A stretch of 64,000 bases of DNA, taken from a virus. Every line of letters starts with the position of its first letter. The first letter of the stretch is position 1. Shown one piece after another: positions 1 through 10,821 of this stretch. A program made the translations under genes and the position numbers. The notes under the pieces were generated by a model. It was not told where the DNA came from, made no database searches, and was given only the letters and a program-made list of their open reading frames with translations. The stretch is taken from IMG/VR virus record IMGVR_UViG_3300032326_002451, positions 1 to 64,000 of that record; one strand, written 5' to 3'.

Positions 1-31
1 ATAATTTATTTTTATCAATAAAAATGCTCAT
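1..31 (-). CDS. 5' end of the next minus-strand gene (MSIFIDKNKL..., runs off the window)
   Basis: ATG at 31-29 overlaps the TAA of the upstream gene (TAATG coupling, as elsewhere in this operon); frame is open to the window edge. Confidence 0.55.
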   Translation of the reverse strand, partial: MSIFIDKNKL

Positions 32-2976
32 TATAATTCGCCTGTAGGTTCTGGATATGGATCATATGACAAACTGTCAACTACTACTGACCAAGATACT
101 GATTTACTTTGTACGCTATCAACAGTTGAATTTGTACTATCTGGAGACCATGTGATCTGTGGCAGTTCTAACTTGAATGGACCAAAGTTGAATAAAATTC
201 CACTTTTGTTAATGTTGCTTGGACCAGCTAATCTCTCTGCTAACAGCCAAGGTTTCATAGGGCTGTTATATTTTATTGTTCCACTTATAGTTCTTCCATC
301 AGAATAGTATGCATATGGTTGAAGATTTTTGTTGAAATTTTCTATTTCATTGCTTGAGTTAGAGTTTAATGAATATATAGCCTGTAAATTATTCTTGATA
401 TCAATTGTCATTTCAGTTATTTCAAAATCTCTCAAATCATATTCTTGATAACCATGGAACAACTTAGAACTCTTTGCGTCTCCTAAGTTGAATGTAAAGT
501 TAGATGTTGAAGATTGTGAATTTGAAACTGTAACCAATGAAGAACTTAATAAGTAATTTGGTTTTCTATTATTCATATTTGACATAATAGTATTGAAATT
601 ATTGAAGAAATTCTTTTGATACTTTCTATCTAAATCTGTAAACTTAACACTAATATTTGCTGTTATATTTTCTCCTGGAACAATCCTCAATGAGATAGAA
701 TCGACTAAACACCCACTAAATAATCCCTCTTTTGAAGAAAATAAGGAAAACGATGGCTCTCTATTTGTTCCTGGGTTTGTAGTACTTGCCCATACATACG
801 AAATAGCTGGAGTGTGTGTATTTACTGTGTTTGAAGAGAATATTATTGTTTTGCTTGCCTTGTTCACACTCAATACAGTCAAAGATTCAGAAGTCTCAGA
901 ATTATCATCACTCTTAATTATTGCAGTATATCCTGTACCTAAGCTTTGAAAATCAGATATATTATCAATTACAAATCTATCTGTAGAACCTATAGATACA
1001 GACATATTATCAGCTAAAATTCTACCTACAAAGTTACTGGTTGAACCCTTATATCCTTGAATACAATAATCATATAATGCTGCAAATACAGGGTCAACAT
1101 CACCCCAAGATTCAACCTTAACTGGCAGAGAAAAATCAAATGAAAATTCTCTTTTATCAACCTTAAATGTATTAGGGCTCGCTCCTTCACCTGCTAATCT
1201 TTTCTCAAAATTCGAGTTTTGCTTATAATTCAAATTCATATTATTTATTGAGAACATGTAATCTGAATTCAATGTTGAAAAAGATAAATCATAATATGGA
1301 TCGTTATTAATATCTCGAGTCAAAGCAACACAATCAAAATATCCCATTTCATAAGAAGGATAATGAATTTGATTAAGGAATGAAAGTGTTCTAACTTCTC
1401 TTTGGAGTTCATGCAATCCAAGATGCTCACCAGAAATAATTGAGTATGGATAAATAAAAGTACCATATTGTATAGTATGAATTCCTAAAATATCCGAAGC
1501 TGTAATTGGATAAGGTCTGATAAATGATTCAGATAATATTCTATGCAGACCAGTAATTTGAACAGTATTAGGAGGATAAGGAATTATAAAAGCTTCAGTT
1601 CTCAAAGTATGAAGACCTGTTTGCTCCTTGCCATCTGCACCATAGGGATAAATAAAAGCTTGAGAATATAATCTGTGATTGTTTAATATTTCTTCAGATA
1701 ATTCAGGATATGGATAAATATATGCTTGGGAATACAAAGTGTGTAATCCCAACATTTCTATAGTTTGTATTGGTCTTGGAATAATATTTGCATTTGACCT
1801 TAATGTTGGTACTGGAAAATTATTATCTTCGGGCAAAATAACTGGAGAATAATTAAATTTATTTTCAACTGTTTGAACAGAATAAGGACTTATATAAGCC
1901 TGTGAGTAAAGAGTATGTCGGCCTAATTTTTCTAATGAAATTATTGATCTATCTTGAAGATTCAACAAAGCTGTAATTCTATTATTGCCAGTAAATTCTA
2001 AACTTCTAATTGAAAAAGGACGTATATTGACATTTCCTGGGTTTAGTCTATGTCTACCAATTAATTCAAATGATGTTTGTGAATAAGGTTGTATTCTTGA
2101 CGAAGTATTAAGTCTCGTACCTGGAGCTGGTATTTGTGAGTTTACTACTTCTGTTGTCTTAACAGAATAAGGTTGAATTTGTGCTGGTTGCGCTGATAAT
2201 CTATGATATCCAGTTTGAAAAAAACCATTAATTGGATATGGAGTAATACTTGGAAGAATGTATGTGATTGTTACTAATACACTATCAAGTCCCCAGTTAA
2301 ATGATTCTTTTGCAGTATTAGAAAGTAAAATTCTTGCTGCAAAACGTATATTTGTTAAGGCATTTTGCCAAGTACTTGGTCGATATACAATATTTTGTAG
2401 AGTAGTTGCTGCGTATAAAGTTGACAAATCATAAACAAAATCAGTAAGTACATCTGGCCAAAATCCAACTTTTTCACCTCTATTTGATGTAGTTCCTCGG
2501 CTTGTTACTGTTGGAAAGACTTGAGCTGTAAAAAAAGCATCATCAATTTGCGCAAAAGTAGTGCCTCCAGTATATGGGCTTCCTTCTCCTGCTTTTCTGA
2601 TTGTGATAGTAACACCAGTAATTGTCCAAGATGAATTTGGTTTTACTGCAAGATTTGATAATATCAAAGTATCAGTAAAAGTGCGCTGAGCCGGATTCGT
2701 AGGAACACTCCAAGTATTTTGAGGTGGATTATAGTTAGCTGAATCTTGATCATAAGCACATCTAAATCCATCATTATTCGCTTGCAAAGAAATTGGATTT
2801 ACGACTATCGCTGGATTATGAGGGGTTGGTCTTGAAGGTATAAGTTCAACCCAGCTCCATAAATTTCCCGCTGGCCAGTTTGTTGTTGGAGAAACAACTT
2901 GTCCTCCTACTGCTGGATACAAAAAAGCATTATTGACACTATTTACAGTTGTAAAATACGTAGTAAGCGTTGGCAT
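31..2976 (-). CDS. Putative tail protein: N-terminal beta domain, about 12 x 22-aa repeats, C-terminal tail-tube-like domain
   Basis: 981-aa ORF with GAGG SD; C-terminal motifs GCLVDSISLRIVPGENITANISV, EMTIDIKNNL and GRTISGTI resemble phage tail tube proteins. Confidence 0.6.
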   Translation of the reverse strand: MPTLTTYFTTVNSVNNAFLYPAVGGQVVSPTTNWPAGNLWSWVELIPSRPTPHNPAIVVNPISLQANNDGFRCAYDQDSANYNPPQNTWSVPTNPAQRTFTDTLILSNLAVKPNSSWTITGVTITIRKAGEGSPYTGGTTFAQIDDAFFTAQVFPTVTSRGTTSNRGEKVGFWPDVLTDFVYDLSTLYAATTLQNIVYRPSTWQNALTNIRFAARILLSNTAKESFNWGLDSVLVTITYILPSITPYPINGFFQTGYHRLSAQPAQIQPYSVKTTEVVNSQIPAPGTRLNTSSRIQPYSQTSFELIGRHRLNPGNVNIRPFSIRSLEFTGNNRITALLNLQDRSIISLEKLGRHTLYSQAYISPYSVQTVENKFNYSPVILPEDNNFPVPTLRSNANIIPRPIQTIEMLGLHTLYSQAYIYPYPELSEEILNNHRLYSQAFIYPYGADGKEQTGLHTLRTEAFIIPYPPNTVQITGLHRILSESFIRPYPITASDILGIHTIQYGTFIYPYSIISGEHLGLHELQREVRTLSFLNQIHYPSYEMGYFDCVALTRDINNDPYYDLSFSTLNSDYMFSINNMNLNYKQNSNFEKRLAGEGASPNTFKVDKREFSFDFSLPVKVESWGDVDPVFAALYDYCIQGYKGSTSNFVGRILADNMSVSIGSTDRFVIDNISDFQSLGTGYTAIIKSDDNSETSESLTVLSVNKASKTIIFSSNTVNTHTPAISYVWASTTNPGTNREPSFSLFSSKEGLFSGCLVDSISLRIVPGENITANISVKFTDLDRKYQKNFFNNFNTIMSNMNNRKPNYLLSSSLVTVSNSQSSTSNFTFNLGDAKSSKLFHGYQEYDLRDFEITEMTIDIKNNLQAIYSLNSNSSNEIENFNKNLQPYAYYSDGRTISGTIKYNSPMKPWLLAERLAGPSNINKSGILFNFGPFKLELPQITWSPDSTNSTVDSVQSKSVSWSVVVDSLSYDPYPEPTGEL
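1390..2247 (-). repeat. Tandem ~22-aa protein repeats, consensus IxPYxIxSxExxGxHxL
   Basis: Examples: IIPRPIQTIEMLGLHTLYSQAY, IYPYPELSEEILNNHRLYSQAF, IYPYGADGKEQTGLHTLRTEAF. Confidence 0.85.
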
Positions 2977-2991
2977 ATTTTATACCTCTGC

Positions 2992-5457
2992 TTACGGAAC
3001 AGTTTCGACTGTTATTAAATCATAAATGTCCCAAAGGATTGGTCCATTTCCTACTCTTGTTACATTGGTTCCTGGGCTTACTACTACATTTGTGACCCTA
3101 TCATACAAATCAGATTCAGCTCCAAGTATAAATCTTGTATCTCTTGCAGTTCCTTTTGGCACAGTTGTAGTCATAGTAACTTCTGTGCCACCTGTTCCAT
3201 ATTTAGCTGTTACAGATACAAACAACTCATTTTTTATAGTTTTATCTGTAGTGCTGGCTATTGCTACTGAAGATCCATTAAATATCAATCCTGTATCATC
3301 GACAATATCATCTACCGGAGGCACATATACAGATAATCTTCTTGGAATATTAGCTATTCTGTTAGTAAACTTAATGCCTCTTCTAAAAGATTCACCAATA
3401 GTATTCCCGTCATCAAGAAAGCCCCTCATTTGAAAATATGCACTTCCTCCAGTGCTTGACCAGACACTTGAGCCATCAAAGTCAGTAGCTAAAGTTTTTA
3501 TTTGATTCGAACCAGAATTCAATATTCTTGTTCTTAGGTCTGTTGTGCCAAGCCCAGTTGAAAAATCTATTGGTTTATTTATGACAAGCCAGTAGCTTGT
3601 GTTAGCATCCAAATTAACACCTGGTGTAAATTTAATAGTATAGTTAGCACTTCCTTCTAAAATATCTACATAGGGTAAAATTGGTTGATCAGAAAGTTGG
3701 TTATTATAATCTGGTGAGCCACTTAGATTTTGGTATAAAGCAAAATTCAATCCAGTAGATCCTGTGGATGCAACTTGATTAGGAGCATTAAAACCTAACT
3801 TGATTGTCAATCCTCCAATGAAACAATCTTCGTTCGTTGTAATTTTGAATGCTGTATTTTTACTTAAATTTAGAAAACTATTATCAGTAACTGGAGTCAC
3901 TGTAAAATATGGTGGATTTTGAATGTCATCAACAAGTGTCAATCTTTTTTCTATAGACTCTGTTGATAAACTTGGTCTTTTATATACGTGATAAAACAGC
4001 GCATTGGTAGTTCCTAAGCCTTGCCAATTAAGTTCGACCATGTAATTTGAATTTGTTGTGTTGGTTGATATCTTGCTTACGTATGTTGGAACTGTTTCAA
4101 CATATGAAGTACCTGCGATTGATGAAACAGCAGTAACTCCATATATTTGTGTACCAGGAACTAAAGAAGATAAACTTGCTTGTGAAGAGATTACTGTTCC
4201 AGTCAATTCCGAAGTACCAATTCCAGAAGTACCTAATACTGCTGAATTATATGAAACTAAATCTCCCCTAAAAATTGCAAACGTATGTTGCAAATCTAAA
4301 GCTGTTCTATTGTAATATGCAGTTGTAAAGTTTTTTGGGAATTCGAATCTTTCAAGACCACTAAAAGAAACTCCTTTAGAATAATATTGAGTTGGTCTAA
4401 ATGGTTGTAATGCCCAAAATTGATTAGAATTCAAGGTTGAGCCTTGAATAAGCTCAGAAGAATATGCTCTTATAGCGTCAACAAAATTGTTAATTACTAT
4501 GTCATTGCGATAAGTATTAAGATTTGATATTGCAGCATTACAAGCGTTGACTACATCTTGGACATCATCTGTATTTCCTAAAATTAAGTTGCTTGAAGTT
4601 GCAGTTGGTATATCGTTTGCATTTCGCACATATGCATTGTAAGTGTTACCAGCAACTCTTGGGTCTTCTGGATTTTTTATCAAAACTTGCGCAACTGGTA
4701 ACCAATTTGATGGAAGAGGTGGATAGTAATTAAAAGCTAATGGATCTTCACTGTTTGTTTCAACAGGAAATCCAGTCAAATACTTTAGTTTAGGCTGAAA
4801 TACAAACTTGACTGGAGTATCAACACTTACATTTGAAGAAAGCACTCCATAGCTTGATCCATTGTAAAAATTTGGGTCAATTATAAGACCATTATTTAAT
4901 GTATTTATTCCACTAAATTTCAAATACAATGAACCAACATGAGCTTCTAATGGAAAACCTAAACTAAGGGCTGTTTCAGTACTTGTTACATATAATATGT
5001 TTGAGCCTGATGTTGAAGCTGTACTAACAGTTGTATTGAAAGTTTGAATTGCTTTTTGAGCTTCTAAAATTGGGAATCCAACTGTTATGCCATATTTATG
5101 TGCAGTAGATCCTGAGCCTACTAAATTGTAATCTTTTAAAAATTCTTTTTTAATAGGTATCTTTTGTTGGACAAGCTGAATAAGAGAACCATTATAAGAA
5201 ACAGTACCTGAGCCAAAAATCACATTGTATTGATCAGAAGAAAAATTATATGAAGGCAAAAAACTCAATGGATCAGTTTCAACTATTCCAAAATAAGGAT
5301 ATCCAGTCTGAGCAGTTGTGAGCAAATTGTTTATTTCAAAAATAGCTGAAGACGGGGTATCAATGTCTCCCACTCCAAGAGTCATAGCATCAGAAATATT
5401 TCCAGCATTTTTTGCTATTTCTAAAATTACTTCTTCTATTTTTGATGATATCGCCAT
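2992..5457 (-). CDS. Putative virion structural protein (821 aa)
   Basis: Ser/Thr/Asn-rich, beta-type composition; contains an LYQNLSGSPD...YWLV module; lies in the structural operon. Confidence 0.55.
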   Translation of the reverse strand: MAISSKIEEVILEIAKNAGNISDAMTLGVGDIDTPSSAIFEINNLLTTAQTGYPYFGIVETDPLSFLPSYNFSSDQYNVIFGSGTVSYNGSLIQLVQQKIPIKKEFLKDYNLVGSGSTAHKYGITVGFPILEAQKAIQTFNTTVSTASTSGSNILYVTSTETALSLGFPLEAHVGSLYLKFSGINTLNNGLIIDPNFYNGSSYGVLSSNVSVDTPVKFVFQPKLKYLTGFPVETNSEDPLAFNYYPPLPSNWLPVAQVLIKNPEDPRVAGNTYNAYVRNANDIPTATSSNLILGNTDDVQDVVNACNAAISNLNTYRNDIVINNFVDAIRAYSSELIQGSTLNSNQFWALQPFRPTQYYSKGVSFSGLERFEFPKNFTTAYYNRTALDLQHTFAIFRGDLVSYNSAVLGTSGIGTSELTGTVISSQASLSSLVPGTQIYGVTAVSSIAGTSYVETVPTYVSKISTNTTNSNYMVELNWQGLGTTNALFYHVYKRPSLSTESIEKRLTLVDDIQNPPYFTVTPVTDNSFLNLSKNTAFKITTNEDCFIGGLTIKLGFNAPNQVASTGSTGLNFALYQNLSGSPDYNNQLSDQPILPYVDILEGSANYTIKFTPGVNLDANTSYWLVINKPIDFSTGLGTTDLRTRILNSGSNQIKTLATDFDGSSVWSSTGGSAYFQMRGFLDDGNTIGESFRRGIKFTNRIANIPRRLSVYVPPVDDIVDDTGLIFNGSSVAIASTTDKTIKNELFVSVTAKYGTGGTEVTMTTTVPKGTARDTRFILGAESDLYDRVTNVVVSPGTNVTRVGNGPILWDIYDLITVETVP

Positions 5458-5458
5458 T

Positions 5459-6373
5459 TTAATTTACCAGTTGATGTCTGCCCAATTTTTGTTGTGTCAA
5501 TATTCCAGTTGGTTGAAATTGAAATACGACATTTATGCCTAACTCATTATCAATAAAATCTCTGAGTTCCTTTGGCAATTGAGGATCTGCTGTTTCCCAA
5601 TAAGTTTGAAAATCAGGATCCCAACCATCCAAATCAATCCACTTTTGAACTAATTTCTTGATATTTTCAAGCAAATCAGATTCTAAATTGTTAATGTCTT
5701 GTTTTGATTGAATAATTTTTGGAGCTACTTTGGTATACAAAATTTCTTCTGGTAAGCCATAGTAGCCTCTTGGTTTTCGTTCATCTCGCACAAAAATAAA
5801 AACTCTATCTTTTTTATACTCGTTATAATACTTTTCAACATCTAAGATAAACTTAAAAAGCAACACACTTGAACTTGAATTTCCTGTTGGATAAGGAAAT
5901 TCTATATCAGTGCTGTATTTTAATACATCTTCAATTTCTGAAAAAACAATATCTTTTGAAAATATACAAGTTTCGCTGTTAGGTATTTTTTTAGATTTAC
6001 AAAGTGAAAATTCGATTTGGTTATTTTCTGTAAGCCATGCGCATCCCAAAACATAACAATCTGAAATATCATTTAGATTTCCTAAAATATCAGATGCTGA
6101 AAAACCAAATTGATTATCGTCATTGTTTGGCAACTCAGATCTTACATTAGAGTTATAAATCAAACCTTTGCCCAAAACCAAAATGTTTTTCATCATTTCA
6201 GGTCTTGAAGGATCTAAATATGACAATCCATAGTTCAACTTTAATGAATCGTTATTATTGATTGAAAGACAATATTCAAGAATAGACTGAGAATATTCTG
6301 TAGAGGATAATGAAATATTATATGATTTAATTAAGTTGTTCAAAATCACCGCTGAAGCATAATTAGGAATCAT
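5459..6373 (-). CDS. Hypothetical protein, probably structural (304 aa)
   Basis: Coupled to neighbours; C-terminus carries one copy of the 22-aa repeat (FQPTGILTQQKLGRHQL). Confidence 0.6.
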   Translation of the reverse strand: MIPNYASAVILNNLIKSYNISLSSTEYSQSILEYCLSINNNDSLKLNYGLSYLDPSRPEMMKNILVLGKGLIYNSNVRSELPNNDDNQFGFSASDILGNLNDISDCYVLGCAWLTENNQIEFSLCKSKKIPNSETCIFSKDIVFSEIEDVLKYSTDIEFPYPTGNSSSSVLLFKFILDVEKYYNEYKKDRVFIFVRDERKPRGYYGLPEEILYTKVAPKIIQSKQDINNLESDLLENIKKLVQKWIDLDGWDPDFQTYWETADPQLPKELRDFIDNELGINVVFQFQPTGILTQQKLGRHQLVN

Positions 6374-9300
6374 TATTTACTCCTTAGAACAATTCTGTCA
6401 CCAGGAGATGATCCAAAATTTGCATCGCTTATTTCACTCAACGTTTTACCAACATATATCAAAGACAATCTTTCCACATCAGTATCTATAAGGATTGGAT
6501 CATTTGTAGGCAATTGGTAAAAACTGTTGTCAATATATTGCCAATCAGACGTGCCTCTTACTTTCCATAACCCAATCAAAGTTTGACCAGTTCCTGCAGT
6601 ATTTTTAAAGTTATTAAATTGAACCTCTAAAATAACTCGCTCTTCTACAACAGAAAGAGTGTGCGCAAAAGTTACACCAGTAGCAGAACTTGATTTCCAA
6701 TTATCAACAGCTGGCGTTAATTCATTATTTACATAAACTCTTACACCATACGAAGATATAAATTTAAATTCAAAAGAAGTTCCAATACTTGATTTAGTAA
6801 TAAAATCTCCAAGAGCATACCCATTCAAATAATTAGACTGAGAATTTACAGCAAAATTTTCAAAATCTAAATTGAACGTGGCAGATACAAGATCAGAACT
6901 AATATTTTTATCTAAGAAATTATAATTATATTTTGCTCTTTGATACCAATTTGTTTGCCATGTTGGTGTTTTGCCAAGAGTGACTGTAGTTGTTGCTAAT
7001 CCACCATTTTTGTAATAATTTAAATTTACAAAAATATCATTTGCTCTACCTATAAAAGTGGAATAATTAGTGCCGAAACCAACATATGAATTGGCAAAAG
7101 AGTTATTTACATTACTTGACAAATGAACGTTGTAAGAATTGTTTGAAGAGTTGTAAATTATGCTTGTTATGCTTGTGCCAGCAGATATGTTAGAATCTTC
7201 TGAAACTCCAAGACCAACTAACAATTTATCATTATAATTTGTTGATCCTATAGATATTATATTTGAATTAGCAATACCAGAAGATAGAATATTTATTTTT
7301 TGCAGAGTCAATGATCTTGGATACAAATATAGGTCATCATTTATATCTTTGCAATTAAAATTCCAATAACCATCAACTATAAGATTTGTCTGTTCTCTGT
7401 ATCTATTTGGTGGTGGTAAAATTAAGTTGCTTGAACTAAAATCTCTGTTCATTGAACCATATATTTCTTGGTCTGGAATATAAAACTCTACAAATGCTGT
7501 GCCTTCAAGAGATGTCCATCCAGTAGATGCCTTGTAAGCTAAATTTGTTGATGCTCCAATTGATGAACTTTCTTTGATCCCCAATTCATATTTGTATCTT
7601 ATGGCATAACTTTGCTTATTCGAAGTTACTGCAGAACCAGAAACAGTCATGCTTGTTGAAGATCCAATTGCTGTTATTGGATACCATGTAGATATACTAT
7701 TTCCGTTAGTGGACCCTATACCTAATTCTGCTCCAATTTTATACCTTGAAAAATTAGCATATGTATTATTATTTTTGTTATAAACACCAGTTACATCATT
7801 GTTGCTTATATTAACCATTCCACTAATAAATGGGTCATAAATTAATGGCAGAGTGTCTGTATATAAAACAATCCAATAGTTTTTATTCTTAAAAAGCTTG
7901 TAATGTAAGTCAAAGTAATAATCATCAATAAGATTTGAAATATTTTTTGTGTATATTGATGACCCAGTTGAAAGAATGTCACCTGGTAAATTGTTTTTAT
8001 CACTGTAAAGATATGCTTTGATAGAAGAATTTTGATTTATATAATCTGATGTATTCTTGAGCTTTACTTTGAATGAATTGACTTCTTGATTTTCAGAACA
8101 GTATATTCTAATAGCTATGTGGTTATTGGATATACTTTTAACTCCAGCGTAAACTGACTGATTTATTGAACTTCCAATACTCGATAAGATAGCTTGATCT
8201 CTAATGTTTTCAATATTTCTTATTGAGTCATTTGTTACTGAAAAACCTGATTTTGCAATAATAAACGAATCCGATCTAAAATCTTGGACATTTGACACTG
8301 GATATATTTTTGGTAATAACTCATTTCCATATAAATGTTCTGTATTATTTACCCAATATGAATTATTATTTAATGAGTAGTTTGCTATAGACAAACCTAA
8401 TTCTGTCAAAGTATTAAATAATGTACTTGGTTTTGATGAATCTGTAACATAAAATGAATCTGTAACTGCAAAACCTGCTTTGGCAGCAATAATTTGATCT
8501 TTTGTAATTGATGGATTTGCAGTTCTAAGATTTTCTTCATATTCTGCTTCAGTAATTCTATCTGTATTTACTGGGGCATTTTGTTTAAAATCAATTTCAA
8601 CAAATCTTTCAGGTTTCAAATCTGGAACAACTGCTGAATATCCATGAAGTTTGAAATCTGCAATATTATTCAAAGTAGAACTTTTGTAATATCCAACAGT
8701 AGATAAGTTGTTGTCAACTCTATATTGATAATCAGAATCTGTAAGATAATACTTTGAAGCATTTAAAAATATATCCTTGACAAAATATTCATTAAATGAG
8801 TTTTTAAATTTTACTCTGAATGTATAGTCTTTATCCAGTCCATTCATAGATTCTGTCAAAAAGTCTAAATCAGTTGAGTTTACTTTTTCAAGATAAGCTT
8901 CAAAATTTGTATCTGATGACAATAATATATTGTTGTTATATAGACTCGTGCCATTAAAACCAGCGATGATTTTAGATGGTTGCAATCCACCAAATGAATA
9001 TATTACATCTGCTGCATCTTCATTAAATTGAATTGCAAATGGTTCTTCATTAGATAAGAGCAATTCGTCTTTTGGACTTTTGAGCAGATTATGTAATGAT
9101 ATTTTTTCCAAAGACCCATAGCTGGAAAAATGACCTTCACTTCTGATTTTTGTAATATCGTATCTTGAAAATCTTGATACTAATCTATTGCCAAGATTAT
9201 TAAAATGTTTAAGATATTCATTGGTTCTTAGTTTAGTGGATAATCTTATGAATGTATCTGTTAAGTATCTTGACAAATTTTCATCTGATTGGGGAGAAAT

Positions 9301-10821
9301 AAGTGCGTTATCTGCTAAAAGCTCAATATAAACTATAGCTCTGTCTTCTTCTAAGCTATCAAGTAAAACAAAATCTTTAGAATATGAATTGCCATTCATC
9401 GGGAATTGAGCAACTATATTTGCAACTATTTGATATCCCTCTGATGGTTTTGGGTAATAAGTGAAATCTTCTAAATTGTCAGGAATGTCAGAATAAGGCA
9501 CTGGTTCGCCTACAATAACTTCAAAATCTGAATTAGGTTCATCATAATATAAACCCATATTCTTAGTTACAATTCTTATTCCTATATATTCATTAGTTGA
9601 TAAATTTTTAGATCCAAGTATTGTATTTGTTGATCCAGTTGATCCGATTATTTCATCATTTACTTTATATCTAAAAGGATTGTTTATTGAATTGTATTTA
9701 CTTTCTTGATAAGTGACATTTGTTCTATTTGGATTATATAAGTAAACATTTTGATCATTTACACCAGACTTTGTAAATCCAACTCCAGATGTTATTCTTT
9801 TATTAAAAAAAGATTTAGTGGAAAATATAAACCAGTTTTCATCTGTAGTTGGAGGGTAAAATGTTAAAGCTGTACCTGGCAAATATGTTGGATATGAGTT
9901 TGAGAAAAAAGTATCTCTTGTTCCCCAATAAAAGACGAAGTGAAAATATAAATTAGGACCCCAGTATGAACCTGTGGGTAAAATAATTTTTACTAAATAG
10001 TGATCTCTCAGCCTTGAAGAGTTTCCATGATGATCACATTCAGAAATATCAAAAGCTAATTTATTTAATGTATCTGATACACCTACAATTCCCATTAAAG
10101 AGTTTACAGTTGCTTCAGAAAAACTACTCGTAAACAATCTCTCATGTGAGTAGACAGCCAGATCAATAGGTGTGTTTGTATATGGATTGATATTTTCAAC
10201 ACCTTCAAAATATTTTTTAGGTATGACGATTCTGCATTCTGTAAAAACTGAACCTGTGTCATTGAAAACTGTAACCCATCTTGCAAAATTAAATAAAGGA
10301 ACTCTTGCGTAAGTTGTACCTGTGTATCGGACTGGAAAATTGTAAGATGTTCTTGAAGCTCCTGTTCCAGGTTCTCCAAGTGTGTTATATATTATGTAAT
10401 TAGTGTTTGCCAGACCAGAAGAATTGTATTCAGGGATGTAGTTTGAAAATGCATTGTAATCATATATATTCCATCCTTCTGGAGATGGTGGAGATACGAT
10501 AGTAGGATTCCATATTGATGTAGTACCAAAGCCTGACAATTTCTTTTCGACAGCTACTGATCCACCTTGCATAACAAAATTTGCAATATCAAGAGTATTG
10601 AAAGTATTAAACTCAGAATCTGTATTGCCAAATGCTGACTTTTTATTCAAATCATAATCGTGGTAGATGGTAGAACCACGAAATTTAATTAAATTATTTT
10701 CAAATACAAGTTTTATAGAACTGCCAGAAAAGGTGTCACCAATCAAATTTTTCAATGCTTTTTTTGCATTTCCAATTTGATTAGCAGCAAATATGATTCC
10801 TTTTCTTTTTGCGGTACTCAT
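6373..10821 (-). CDS. Large virion protein with C-terminal PA14-like domain (1482 aa)
   Basis: FEFKFISSYGVRVYVNNE...DNW...LEVQF resembles PA14; also an LYSDKNNLPGD...YWIVL module. Confidence 0.55.
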   Translation of the reverse strand: MSTAKRKGIIFAANQIGNAKKALKNLIGDTFSGSSIKLVFENNLIKFRGSTIYHDYDLNKKSAFGNTDSEFNTFNTLDIANFVMQGGSVAVEKKLSGFGTTSIWNPTIVSPPSPEGWNIYDYNAFSNYIPEYNSSGLANTNYIIYNTLGEPGTGASRTSYNFPVRYTGTTYARVPLFNFARWVTVFNDTGSVFTECRIVIPKKYFEGVENINPYTNTPIDLAVYSHERLFTSSFSEATVNSLMGIVGVSDTLNKLAFDISECDHHGNSSRLRDHYLVKIILPTGSYWGPNLYFHFVFYWGTRDTFFSNSYPTYLPGTALTFYPPTTDENWFIFSTKSFFNKRITSGVGFTKSGVNDQNVYLYNPNRTNVTYQESKYNSINNPFRYKVNDEIIGSTGSTNTILGSKNLSTNEYIGIRIVTKNMGLYYDEPNSDFEVIVGEPVPYSDIPDNLEDFTYYPKPSEGYQIVANIVAQFPMNGNSYSKDFVLLDSLEEDRAIVYIELLADNALISPQSDENLSRYLTDTFIRLSTKLRTNEYLKHFNNLGNRLVSRFSRYDITKIRSEGHFSSYGSLEKISLHNLLKSPKDELLLSNEEPFAIQFNEDAADVIYSFGGLQPSKIIAGFNGTSLYNNNILLSSDTNFEAYLEKVNSTDLDFLTESMNGLDKDYTFRVKFKNSFNEYFVKDIFLNASKYYLTDSDYQYRVDNNLSTVGYYKSSTLNNIADFKLHGYSAVVPDLKPERFVEIDFKQNAPVNTDRITEAEYEENLRTANPSITKDQIIAAKAGFAVTDSFYVTDSSKPSTLFNTLTELGLSIANYSLNNNSYWVNNTEHLYGNELLPKIYPVSNVQDFRSDSFIIAKSGFSVTNDSIRNIENIRDQAILSSIGSSINQSVYAGVKSISNNHIAIRIYCSENQEVNSFKVKLKNTSDYINQNSSIKAYLYSDKNNLPGDILSTGSSIYTKNISNLIDDYYFDLHYKLFKNKNYWIVLYTDTLPLIYDPFISGMVNISNNDVTGVYNKNNNTYANFSRYKIGAELGIGSTNGNSISTWYPITAIGSSTSMTVSGSAVTSNKQSYAIRYKYELGIKESSSIGASTNLAYKASTGWTSLEGTAFVEFYIPDQEIYGSMNRDFSSSNLILPPPNRYREQTNLIVDGYWNFNCKDINDDLYLYPRSLTLQKINILSSGIANSNIISIGSTNYNDKLLVGLGVSEDSNISAGTSITSIIYNSSNNSYNVHLSSNVNNSFANSYVGFGTNYSTFIGRANDIFVNLNYYKNGGLATTTVTLGKTPTWQTNWYQRAKYNYNFLDKNISSDLVSATFNLDFENFAVNSQSNYLNGYALGDFITKSSIGTSFEFKFISSYGVRVYVNNELTPAVDNWKSSSATGVTFAHTLSVVEERVILEVQFNNFKNTAGTGQTLIGLWKVRGTSDWQYIDNSFYQLPTNDPILIDTDVERLSLIYVGKTLSEISDANFGSSPGDRIVLRSK

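Noticed and set aside
8-25. AT hairpin as a terminator
   Set aside because: All-AT stem lying inside the start of the next coupled gene
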